From positions 1,079,696 through 1,143,695 of the forward strand of contig MU058540.1 in the NCBI GenBank assembly GCA_013265495.1: a DNA stretch of 64,000 bases. The letters are read 5' to 3'. Made by a program: the position numbers and the translations under genes. The notes beneath the pieces are model-generated. The model ran no database searches. It was not told the origin of the DNA and saw only the letters and a list, made by a program, of their open reading frames with translations. This DNA comes from Vicugna vicugna. Taxonomy: Eukaryota. Position 1 is the stretch's first letter. Each line of letters opens with the position of its first letter. Positions 53,290 to 64,000 of the stretch are shown in pieces.

Positions 53290-54250
53290 AAGTTCAGGAT
53301 CCTTCAGCCATCCAAGGTTCAAGTCACAAACTTAGGAATCACCAGAGCCACCTTCTCCCTCTCCTTCATCCCTCATATCTGACCTGTTACCAAGTCTGGA
53401 TCTTTCCTCTCTACATCTCTGAAATCTATCCACTTCTCTCAGCTCCACTATCACTAACCACCTGACTCAACGTATTTACTTGACAGGATAGTAACCGCCT
53501 TACTGGTCTCCCAATATACGTGATCTCCTCCCTCCAATCTATTCTCTCTTCTGCAGCCCAAATTATCTTTCAAAACAAAAATCTAGTCAAATTTCCCACC
53601 CAACCCTGCTTTTATCAAAATCCTTCAAAGACCTCACATTACTTTTAAAAATCATAACTATAATCAGATGGGCGAAAATACAGATGAAAAAGGCTGACCA
53701 AGTACTGATTAAAGCTGTACGGTAAGTACACTGAGCATCTCTCTTCTGTGTACATTTGAAATTTTCCACAATAAAAAAAGTTAAAAAATAATTAACAACC
53801 AAACCAAGACCATGGCTGACAAGGGTTCCATGGTCTGGCCCCACCGACCTCACTTCATGCTTGTGTTCTTTACCTCTGTAGCACTGGCCTAACTTCGTTC
53901 TTCAACCACTCCACACTCCCTCTTACTATAGTGTCTGCACATGCTGTTCCTCAGTCTGGAATGCCCTTCCCAATGCCTAATTAACTCCAACTCATCCTTC
54001 AGAGATCAGGGTAGCCTTCCCCAAGACATCCCTGCCCACCATGTCCTTATCAAGGTCTTTTGTCAAACGTTGATGACTAATGTTCTTTTCCTAGATAATG
54101 TAATCTCGATTTGTGATCAAACATTTTTGAGTGTGATTAACTGTAAACTTCATAAAAGCAGAGTCCATATTTTTGTTTATCAGTGAATACTGAGCAACTA
54201 GTACAGGACCTGGTAGAGAGCCAGCACTTTAAAAGTGGTTGTTGAATGAC
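53290..54250 (+). mobile_element. L2 with a nested short L1 3' end (~53665-53790)
   Basis: atctatccacttctctc, ctggtctccc, tgcacatgctgttcctcagtctggaatgcccttcc, ending gttgttgaatga. The nested piece reads tttgaaattttccacaataaaaaaagttaaaaaa. Confidence 0.75.
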
Positions 54251-54313
54251 TATTATCTAAGACTATCAAGGGGACTCCTTTCAAATTTTTATAACAAAAA
54301 GCACTCTAAATTA

Positions 54314-54367
54314 AATATATATATGTGTGTATGTATATATATGTATGTATATACATATATATATATT
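54314..54367. repeat. TA/TG-rich microsatellite
   Basis: atatatatatgtgtgtatgtatatatatgtatgtatatacatatatatatat seen directly. Confidence 0.9.
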
Positions 54368-56026
54368 ATTCTGGTCTCAGTTTCCCACAAGTTGCTACAG
54401 AGAAATCATTCTTATCTGTTCCCTTTGGAGAGTCTTTCCTTTGAGATATTGGACTACTCAATATTCCTGTGATGGACGTATCAGGCTTACCAACCAAAAA
54501 TAACCACACAAATCCACACCCTGGTCTCATCTCACTCTTCTTTATAGTTACTTCTCCTCCTCCCTCCCCCAAATCAACATCAAAGGACTAGAAAACACTT
54601 GGCGATAAATTCCCTGTCAGACCCCAGGAATTTCCTTTCAGTTTCTGCTCCAGATGGCTGGCAAGCGGAATTCTATTAGGGATGCTTCAGCAGAGGCCTC
54701 AGGACTTAGCTCCATTCTGCTTCCCTTGTGGTCACCACTAACATTTCTTTTGCAATATACTCCTGGCATCATCACAGGGCCATTTACTTTGTATCATGTG
54801 GGAAATTAATATTAAAAGGGCTTATCTTTTTATTTTATCAAAACTTCTGGGAGACAGGCAGAAAGCAGAAGCTAGAAATTAAATCTGATTTAAATGACTG
54901 TGTTTATCATGTTAACACTCAGTGTAACAATTCATGTAACTAGAGAGTGACAACTTTATCATTAATTTTCTTAGAACTACAGTGCTATTACGACCCTAAG
55001 AAATAAATGACCAGCAAGGAAACTGAATTTATCAAGACCTCTTCTAAACAAAAAACTTGTAAGAAGCATCTGGCAGAGGCTTTTCCAATTCAGACAGCAT
55101 TAATCCAAATTTATAATTGAGCCAAGTAAAAATTTAACTTTTGTTCTATGACCTGCTGAGTAAATCAAGAGTCAAGTCAGAAAAAAAAAAGTGAGCACCC
55201 TCAAGCACTTGTTCTTATGAAAATAATCCATATTAACTACAAATCACTCTTGTCAAGTAAAGCTAGACAGTGAGGATGCCTGCCCTCCCATCCCCAAAAT
55301 ACCCTAATACTATGTAATTACCTATCTGTGAATCAACAACGTGCCATATGTAGTTCAGATTGTTAACTGGCATTATTACTGGCAAATAAATCTGAATTAA
55401 GAAGATTCTACTTTAAAAAAAAAAAAGTCCGACTATACTTTTAGATCATATTTTCAAACACAAAACTGGCCTCTTTTAACATGAGAGCAGGAGAGTAATA
55501 AGCAAATCTTAAAACTCCTCTTTAAACATTTGGGGCAGCCATTCTTCATAAATTTTAAGTAATTACTATAACTGTCGGAAGATGACTACTCAAAAGCTGC
55601 AGAAGGGCACTAAAAGATCTTCATGCATTTCTAAAGCCTTCTTTGCCAAGTTCAGTAAAAAGGTTTAACAGAAATTATCTTCTAATCTAGTAAGAAGAGT
55701 TCTTAAGATTGCTTTATCATTTGCTAATTATAAAACCAGGGCTAAAGACCATACGAAAACTAGATCATTCTCTACCTGGAAGAAAGGCTGCATTTCCACT
55801 TCAGACAGATGGAGCCCATCTTTAAGGAAAGACTTGATAGCCTATTACAGCATTTATTTGCTGACTGTCAGTGGTGTCAGATGTTTGCCCATCTATTTAA
55901 CTAATTCCCTCTGCAATCATTAGTCCCATTCTGGTGTTTACTGGAGGTTGAGCAAGCTGCTTACACATACCAGACTGCTTATTAAGTAATCCCTCTTCTG
56001 TTTTTCTCTTTAAGAAATGTGCTCTT

Positions 56027-56208
56027 GAGGAGAGAGTATAACTCAGTGGTAGAGTGCACACCTAGCAAGCACGAGGTCCTGGATTCAATCCTCAGTACCT
56101 CTATTAAAAAGAAGTAAATAAAATCTAATTATCTCCCCCAGAAGTATACAGTGCTGTAATGCCAATTATATCTCAATAAAACTGGAAGAAAAACATGATT
56201 AAAAAAAG
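56027..56208 (+). mobile_element. Vic-1-like SINE fused to an L1-like 3' end, within one TSD pair
   Basis: SINE head gagagtataactcagtggtagagtgc...gaggtcctggattcaatcc, then gccaattatatctcaataaaactgg. TSD aagaaatgtgctctt lies at 56012-56026 and 56209-56223. Confidence 0.85.
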
Positions 56209-56724
56209 AAGAAATGTGCTCTTTATCTGGTTACTAGAAGACTTTAAGGTGGTACCGTGTACTGCTAATTAATCATATGTATGGCTCCTATATGGCTCTG
56301 ACCAAATGTTTAAATAACCCATTCAGTCCACACCAGCCTCAAGTATCAGAGCCCTTGAAAAGGCTGTTCATGTCTATCATTCCATACAACTAACTTTCCT
56401 TTGGTAGAAAACTTGATGTCAAATCCACTGTACAATCTGCCTGCCAATTTCTTAAAGTGTGTACAGAATCTTTTTTTTATCAGTTTTCAACTTTATCTGT
56501 CAGTATATAGTCTACAGGTGGAATTAGGTGACAGCTTCTGGTTCTTCTGTACTCCCAGGGAAAAGCTCTGCCTCTACACATGATTTTTCTGGTAAAGTCT
56601 GATCTTTAACCTCAGCCATCTTCAGGATTATTGTGAGTCCACAACACAGTGCCAATATAACCGATGTATATTCTTCTTTATCCACTCTCTCATGAATCCA
56701 CCACAAAGAGAATTTGTGCTCGGC

Positions 56725-57125
56725 CAGTGGGAGGGCAAATTGGTTTAACCACCATGGAGAAACTAGAAAGACCTCACATCAACCAGGCAATCAAGGTTAA
56801 TATCACCAGTAATAAGACACACTGACATCAATGTACCCTCTGACATGATGCAATGACGGGGCACATCACTTCTGTGATGTCACTGCCAAAAATACATGAC
56901 CTCAATCTAATCATGAGAAACCATCACTAGACCCAACTTAAATATTCTAGCAAATAACTCACACTGCATATTCTGTGTGAGACTCAATTTTCTTCACATA
57001 CTCCAAAACAAAATACTGAATTTTCTAATGCAGAAGCAGATATGAAAACCCAGCTATCTTTAGTTAATCCAGATATTAAAGAAATTTGTAGAAATGTAAA
57101 ATGCCACCACTCTTTTCACTAAATC
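56725..57125 (+). mobile_element. L1MC4-like 3' UTR piece followed by a Charlie1-like fragment
   Basis: aaccaggcaatcaaggttaatatcaccagtaat...caatctaatcatgagaaa, then aatgcagaagcagatatgaaaacccagctatct...gatattaaagaaatttg. Confidence 0.65.
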
Positions 57126-58584
57126 TCACACTTGCTTCTTATTAATGAGCACTGGGAGAAGAGGGTGATAAATGGAGGGTGGTAATTCTTTAAGATGGTT
57201 GATTGTTATATTCCAAAAAATGTGTACTTCATGAGACAGGGAGAAAGATAAACCATTAATTATTGTGGCTGCCAATACTATCTTTTTTCTCTTTCAATAC
57301 TATCTTCTTTTGTGATTTAACAATGTCATTTACAACAACAGGAACATTCAAATACATTTTCATCTACTCAATGGGCACATAGCCATTAAAATGTACATAC
57401 AGAGTGCAGATTATGAAAAAATGCTTGTTATACAGGAAAAAAAGATTACAAAATTGTATTCAAATAAATCATAAGTGTTGTAAAAACTGAAAACCATAAT
57501 GATTAAAGAAAATAATTTTCTCCATATGTTTTAGAGGAAATTATTTGGAGACTGAATGGTATTTATCCTCACAATTGTGGGCCTACTATGGCACTACGAA
57601 GAATAAACTATGAGACACAGAACTCCGATCATTTATAATCTAGTGGGCTCAAAAGAGGAAGTGTTTTTTCCAAATTTGCTACAGTGAGTGTGAAACATCT
57701 TTATAATGGAAGAAAGATTAATAAGACTGCATTCAAAAATACTTGTTTTTGGTATTCAAGATTTGCCAAAAATGTCCATGTTTCTAATAAATTCAGCTTC
57801 TTCCCACAACACACATGTGCTGGCCCCGGGATGTGTGATCAGCTGCAGCTAACGGTGACAGCAAGCAATAGATGCCACTGAAGTCAGTAAAGATTATGCT
57901 CCTATAATTGTATCACAGCTTCTCATTCCACCTGCTTTTTGTTTTGTTTTGAATGCTGGTTCAGGGAGTCAGTTTTAGGAATATATTTTTATTCAAATGT
58001 CTTCACTCCACTCATTTAACTCCTTTTGTGCATTTTTCAGAAGAAAATTGAATTCTTTCTGCCTTTGTGTACATTATTTAACCAGAAATATCACAGTAGA
58101 TGGATCTGCACACCCTTCTGGTTCAGTCCTTTTATCTTCCTGAAGTGGCTGAATAGATCATATCTCAGGTTACTTCTAGGTTTACAAATTTAAAGATTTG
58201 TAAACTGTGAAGGTCTTAACTTCTTCCATAAAGCCCCTTCAAAGTAAACCCACACAGCTCCATTTACTGCATTAAATCCTTTCTTTCCCAATTCCTATAT
58301 TTTTGGATCACATTTCACACTGAAGTCTCTTTGCGCAGCTGTGTTAGGCTGTTAGGAGCAGGATCTGATGTTTTTTAATGCCTGGACAATTTGTATTAAT
58401 GTAGTGACAGCAAACTTCTACTCACCCTTCAATACCCAGATTTACTTCTTTCTCACTGTTTTCAACTTCCTAATTCAGCATTAGTCATTCCTGCGTTCCT
58501 AAAACATTCTAGACAGTGTTCTTTTACAACACTTAGAACTATCTGTTCACCATTGCGATTCCTTCTGTGGTTCCGGCCTTAGTA

Positions 58585-58725
58585 ACAATGATTAAGAATT
58601 CCTGAGTGCTCAAGATGCACTTGCGAGGCACTTTTTCTATCTTTCCTCACTCAAGTTTCATAGCATCTACAGGAATTAGGTACTATTTATTCCCATTTCA
58701 CAGATGAAAAAACTGACTCTTAGCT
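58585..58725 (-). mobile_element. MIR fragment
   Basis: aggtactatttattcccatttcacagatgaaaaaactga is the antisense MIR core. Confidence 0.7.
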
Positions 58726-60951
58726 TCCCACGCCTCTGATCTTATATGATGCTCCTGAATCAGTCCCCAACTTTGGAACATCTCCACTGTTCCCCTTTCC
58801 CACTCCAGCTCCTATGTGAAAAGGAATAAGGAAATATACAAAACTTAAACACCATAAATTCTATTCTCTCTTTTGAGCTCACTAGATTCTAAGTTACCAG
58901 AGTTCTACAATTGTCTCTTCTACTCAAAGTTTATTCTCCACAGTGCTCTATACATAGGAGGCCTGCAACTGTCTGAGGATACATATCATTCAACTGCCTA
59001 CCTTACAAACAATCATTTCAATCCCAAATACACCAAGGCAACTCTGACAGATGACTTCTTGCCTCTCAGACTCCTATCACCAGACCATTTCCAGTAAATA
59101 GACGTCACTTCTCTTTCTCAGAAGGATGGGGCCATCTGGAAGGAGTTTTCTCAAATCACATCAGTGTAATTCAGGCTCTAGATTTTTTTCTTTTACCTAC
59201 CCTCCAATCTCATAAGAAAGTGCACTTCTTTCCCAAAACCTGTCCTGACCAACCCAAATCTATGAGTCCATGTTACCATTCTACTAGAACTGCTGCTATA
59301 GTCATCGCTCATTGCACTGCTCCCTCTTATCTTCATTCTACTCAACTGCTCCAGCTCTGACACCATCACCCACCACTCCCCGTTTTGAACTGTTCTCCCT
59401 CGGCTATGTGATATCCTGTCTCTGGCAGCTATGGTGCCCCAAGCTCAGGCCCTGCCCTCAGCTTTTTTTCTGTGCATTTTCTCTCTTGCTGACTCTCCAT
59501 TCTCCCCATCTAAGTCCCTGACACTTAACTCTGTCTACAGCTCTGACTTCTCACTCCACCTCTAGTCCCACATCATCAGTTCACTTCATTACTTCAAATT
59601 TGACATGACAAAAACCAAAGTCCCATCTTCTCTCCAAAACCAACTTCTCTTCTAAATTTCCATTTTTCCTATCACCCAGGATCAAAATTTAAATCATCTT
59701 TAACCAAAACCCCCTTCATCTTTAACATAATGGTCTTTCACTAAATCTGTCCATTCCTCTGACTGCAACACTTCTTAATGTACTCCTTCACTCCATTCCC
59801 CTGAGACCATATATCTCAGTTCTAGAATAGAGCAGCATTCTCCCAAAGTTTCCTTCTGGTGAAAAGCCCATGAGTTTATCCTGCATTCCAATCTTAAACA
59901 AGCCTTTTCACAACAACCTTTTAAAGGACAATTGTTTCCCTACTGTGGGACCAAACCGAATTCCTCATCCTCTGAAATCAAGGTTCTATACCTCAATCCC
60001 CCACTCGCCCATCTCTTGCCCTGCCACACCACGAGCCCCAACCCAGGCTCATGTACTCAGTCTCTGATATGCAACAAGCTCATCCCTACCCCCAATTACA
60101 CAGGGGCCCCATCTCCTAATATACCCTTTCCCCTCTTTCCTAACCAATTCCAATCCATTTCTTAAAGCCTAAGACTGACTACTTCAGTATTTTGCCTCCA
60201 ACGTGACATACCTCCAAAGCACAGCCTCCCTACAGTTTTTTTCTATTTGCTTCATGTGCTTTAAGTCCTGCTTCTTTAATTTTTCTATATAACCCCACAC
60301 AAGTCACAGAGTAGCCACCTGCTCAACTGTACTGAAATGGCTAAAGGAAATTTAAAAGCATTCTTTCTGGAGGCTAGGGAACATGTCCACAGTTTAAAAA
60401 ATCATCACTGCACCTAGAATACTGCTTTGTGTAAAGTAAGGACTCAATAAATTCTTGTTAACCAAGATAGAACCTAGAGACTACAATGTGTATTTTAAGA
60501 AGCATCCCACAGTTTTCCTATACTTGTACTTCTAAAATTCACTTTTTATCTAGTCCTTGACACCTACAAGGTTTAAAATATTAAAAACTTCACACATTCT
60601 CAAATATCTTTTAGGACAATTCTAAAAAGAGTAACTATAAGCATCAAGGGTGGGAGGGTATGATGATGCTGGTAAGCATTTCATAAAAATATCAGTTCAG
60701 GCCAGGGTTAGTTACATTTGCTCTAATTTGACTAGATTATTTTTTAGCCATTTAAAATAAATTTTATAAACTTTAACATAAAGACATTTTTACTACTAAA
60801 GTGGGGCGTTGGAAGAGGGGAGGTTAAAGTTTGCTCCATAGAGAAAATGAAAAAGCTCTCCCAGAAAAATAAAATTCTGACTCAACACATGTATCTTTCT
60901 TCTGGTGTACTACATTACTGAGGAGGTTACCTTAAAAATGACCCATGGGAT

Positions 60952-61400
60952 GTATTACATAGGGTTCTTGGGTTGCTAGAACACAAACCAAGTCTGGCCA
61001 TCTGTAACCAAAAGGAATGTACTGGAAGAAATGCCAAAGTCTCAGAAAATTGGAGTGGCAGGGACTAGAGGGCCAGGCTTGGAAGAAAGGCCCTTATCAT
61101 GGGTTGGCAGCAAAAGGCACAGGCTGGGTCTACAACATGGACATCTGGTCAGCACACAGCTGCTGCCCTCCACTCGCCTTCCATCCAGCCTCCTGGGAAC
61201 CTAGCCTCCAAGCACTGAGCAGCCAACTAGTGGAGTCTGAGTCCTGCACCCACACAGGCACATCAGAGAAGGGAGCTAGCACACTGGCCCACTCAGTTTC
61301 TGGGGTGGTGAGTAGGCTCCTCCTACTCTCCAAAAGGGGATTTCTCCAAAAAGGAGAGAACACTCTGAGGAAGGAGGAGTTGGCCAGAGACCCTAGAAAT
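60952..61400 (-). mobile_element. Old MaLR LTR (MLT1N/O-like)
   Basis: tgtattacatagggttcttgggttgctagaacacaaacca...aaaaggaatgtactggaaga resembles an antisense old MLT1 terminus. Confidence 0.55.
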
Positions 61401-62649
61401 AATAAACATTTATCCCTCTCTCCACAGACACACCCACTTACAAAGTTATTTGCAGATGGACTCTAGAAACATTATTCTATGTTCTGATTTTCTGTTAGAA
61501 AAATCAATCATTCAGTACACTCCAAATCCCCGCACCATAGCCCCTAAATGCTTCTCCGGAGGCTCCACTGTGTATGCTATTGCCTCAACTGCCCTTGGCC
61601 TCTTCTGCCAGTCTGACCCCAGCATACTCTCCCCTAAGTCCTGATCAAGTTCTCTGCCAAGTTCTTCCAAACCACACACTTTCTCAAACCCAAGAAGAAT
61701 CCATCTAGCTTCTTCTTTCTCCCACAGTACTATATTTCTACTTAACAACAACAAAAAAAAAAGTTTTCTTAGAAAAGCAAAGCAATCCACAGGAATTATT
61801 TTAAATAAATAAAATATAAGCTTTTACATCAGTTTTCTTTTATGTATTTTAAATAATTTCCTGGACATGCAGTAAAGTACTAATTTTTAATGGTACATAA
61901 TATTAATACCATCAAATAAAAAGTAAGTTAAATTTTGAAGGATTTTCCTGGTTTCAATGGCAGCTCCAAGGTTCAAAATTGGTTGAGCTCCTCTTTTTCA
62001 AGTCCTTGGGGATGAGGAGGAAAAGTGTCTTTATTCCCCTCCCAGACACTGGTTGGACTGATCCCTCTTAATTTCCCTTTCTCCCAGCAGACTGAGGGCA
62101 GACTGGGGATAGAGGCAGAGGATAAGAGTTTTGTTTATCCAGAGAAAGGCTTCTCTTTCCCTTTTCTTCTGCCTAATCTATAATAGTTGCTCCATAGACA
62201 TTGTTCTGAGGGAAGGAGAAGGAAAGATGGTGGACCACTTACAGTGCTACGTTCCCAAGAACAGGGGCCCCCATCACTAAGCACTCTGCCCTGTGGTACC
62301 TTTCCTAACACTGAAACTGCCATGCAAGATGAAACCAGAGAATCACTGAACTGCTCTATTTTAAGACCTTCTACTTCAAATATCACACTGTATTGCAATT
62401 GCTGGCTTAATTCTCTATCTCCACTGCCAGACTGTAAGCAGCATGAAGGCAGGGGCTGTGTCTGTCTTGTTCACTGAACACAGCACAGTGCTTACGACCC
62501 AAGAAGCATTATCTGAATTAACAAACAAACAAATGCAAACAACTGACGCTCAGAAATTCTCAAAACCTCCTTCTTACCACAATTTTCTCTAACTCCAAGT
62601 TGCAATGATGTAGATATTGCCTTTTTCTTGGCTTTATATTTACATAATT

Positions 62650-63062
62650 GACACTGAGTATTAATCTGTGCCAGCCCCTGGACTAAGTGTTCTATATAAT
62701 AAATAATTTCACTTAATTTCCCCCAATACAATGAAATAGAAAGGTACTACTATTACAAGTGAAAAAATAAGGTGTAGAGATGTGAAATAATTTGCTCAAG
62801 ATCATACAGACTAGTGAGCGTAAGAGCCAGGGATCCCTCTCATTCAGGTCTGACTGACTCTAGGAGGGGGAGAGGGTATATTGCTCAAGTGGTAGAGCGC
62901 ATGCTTATGCACAGGGTCCTAGGTTCAATTCCCAGTACCTCCTCCAAAAAATAAATAAATAAGTAAAACCTAATTACCACCCACCCCCAAGAAAAAAAAA
63001 TTTTTTTTAAATTACAATTGAACTGACTGACTCCAGAATCCAAAATCTTAACCACCACAGAC
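62650..63062 (-). mobile_element. MIR interrupted by a younger SINE
   Basis: aaataatttgctcaagatcatacagactagtgag...agagccaggga...caggtctgactgactc, then the SINE, then cagaatccaaaatcttaaccacca. Confidence 0.75.
62864..63022 (+). mobile_element. Vic-1-like SINE with TSD
   Basis: ggagagggtatattgctcaagtggtagagcgcatgc...ctaggttcaattcccagtacctcc. TSD ctgactgactc(t/c)ag lies at 62850-62863 and 63023-63036. Confidence 0.9.
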
Positions 63063-63384
63063 ATGGAAACTCCAATGCTTCACTATGAGGCCTGGGCAGG
63101 GTATAAGTGTGTGAAGACCATCAGACTATTCTGACAGAGACACATCATGTTTTCAAAGTAAAGAAGTAGGAGTATTTTCATCTTCACAAAGAATAGGCAT
63201 TCTCTCATTTTTCTTCAAACATGTAGCCCTTCTTATACTCCATTTTTCCACTTTTGAGAGAAATTTCCAGGGGTACAGGAAATACTTTACCTTCCTCTTA
63301 ACTCTACCTTAAAAAGGCAGTATCACCTTTTTGTGTTGGCTCAGCAACCACAATAAATGGCAGTTGACACTGGGCCCTGGTATC

Positions 63385-63672
63385 AATCACAGAGACCACA
63401 GAGAGAGGGGTAGGGACTATTGGCCAACTGGAAAGGGGTGAACAGTCCAAAAGGCAGCCACCACTCAGCTCTGGCCACAATCATCACAGAGGAATGCTCG
63501 GTCAGTGCTGCCAGATCTTCTGATTTTTTTAAGAAAAACCTAAGACCAGGTTTCTTATTTGAAAATTAAATTATTTTAATAGATATTAAATGTTGGCTAC
63601 TAATTTAAAAAAATTCTTTAATCATCCTGCAGCCCAAAACCAGACATAAGCCAACAGTCTGTTGTCCTCACA
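63385..63672. mobile_element. MER102-like hAT-Charlie element
   Basis: aaaaggcagccaccactcagctctggcc...ggaatgctcggtcagtgctgccagatcttctgattttttt...aaatgttggctactaattt. Confidence 0.65.
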
Positions 63673-64000
63673 ACACTCTAGGATAAACAGGCTTTCAAAG
63701 ACTATATATCCAGATCCCTGACTTTCCATGGTCTACCTGGCTCAATGTCTTCCACCTGGAATATTCTTTGTCAGCTACCCAAATCTAACCAAGATATCTA
63801 GGTGTGGCACCACACATTCCATAGAACTGTCCCTAACATTCCACCTCATCTTCACAGACTCCTCCAAATTCCTTAAATGTCCCTCTCTGTCACTTTTCTA
63901 ATTATTTTACATTTTACACTCTAAACTACATCTTGCCAACAGTTTAAAGCTCAAGAGCTCAGATTCTGTATTCTACATACCTTAAAACCCTCAGTTTGAA

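Larger units (their letters stand above)
29978..64000 (-). other. NUDT3: NUDT3 intron 1 (partial; exon 1 lies beyond the window end)
   Basis: I saw no exon-1 peptide (MMKLKSNQTRTYDGDGYKKRAACLCF...) and no non-repeat CpG island between exon 2 and the window end. Confidence 0.8.

Noticed and set aside
56340..56706. Purine-rich minus-strand stretch resembling a processed pseudogene (MAEVKDQTLPEKS...)
   Set aside because: I could not recognise a parent protein, poly(A) tail or TSD; a BLASTX search would be needed.
61017..61466. 149-aa ATG-initiated ORF
   Set aside because: It overlaps a probable old MaLR LTR, has no known domain and is antisense to the host gene.

Overview
This is AT-rich, repeat-dense mammalian genomic DNA, not prokaryotic. 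It is most likely camelid: it carries several short tRNA-derived Vic-1-like SINEs, and I recognised no Alu, BovB or PRE-1 elements. Almost the whole window is intronic sequence of NUDT3 (DIPP1, a Nudix hydrolase) on the minus strand. Coding exon 2 lies at 29867-29977 and exon 3 at 199-243, both with canonical AG/GT boundaries; exon 1 lies beyond the right edge and later exons beyond the left edge. The rest is L1, L2, MIR, LTR, Tigger/Charlie and SINE fossils plus a U6 retrocopy. I found no evidence for a new gene system. The most unusual signals are retrotransposition structures: a 5'-intact L1 that stops right after the endonuclease domain yet has target-site duplications (TSDs), a U6 copy plus an unidentified insert bounded by three copies of one target site, a perfect TSD-SINE-TSD-SINE-TSD dimer, a SINE/L1-tail chimera inside one TSD pair, and a tail-less L1 3' fragment captured in an older L1. 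Repeat family names are recalled from consensus sequences, not from a search, and boundaries of old repeats are approximate.
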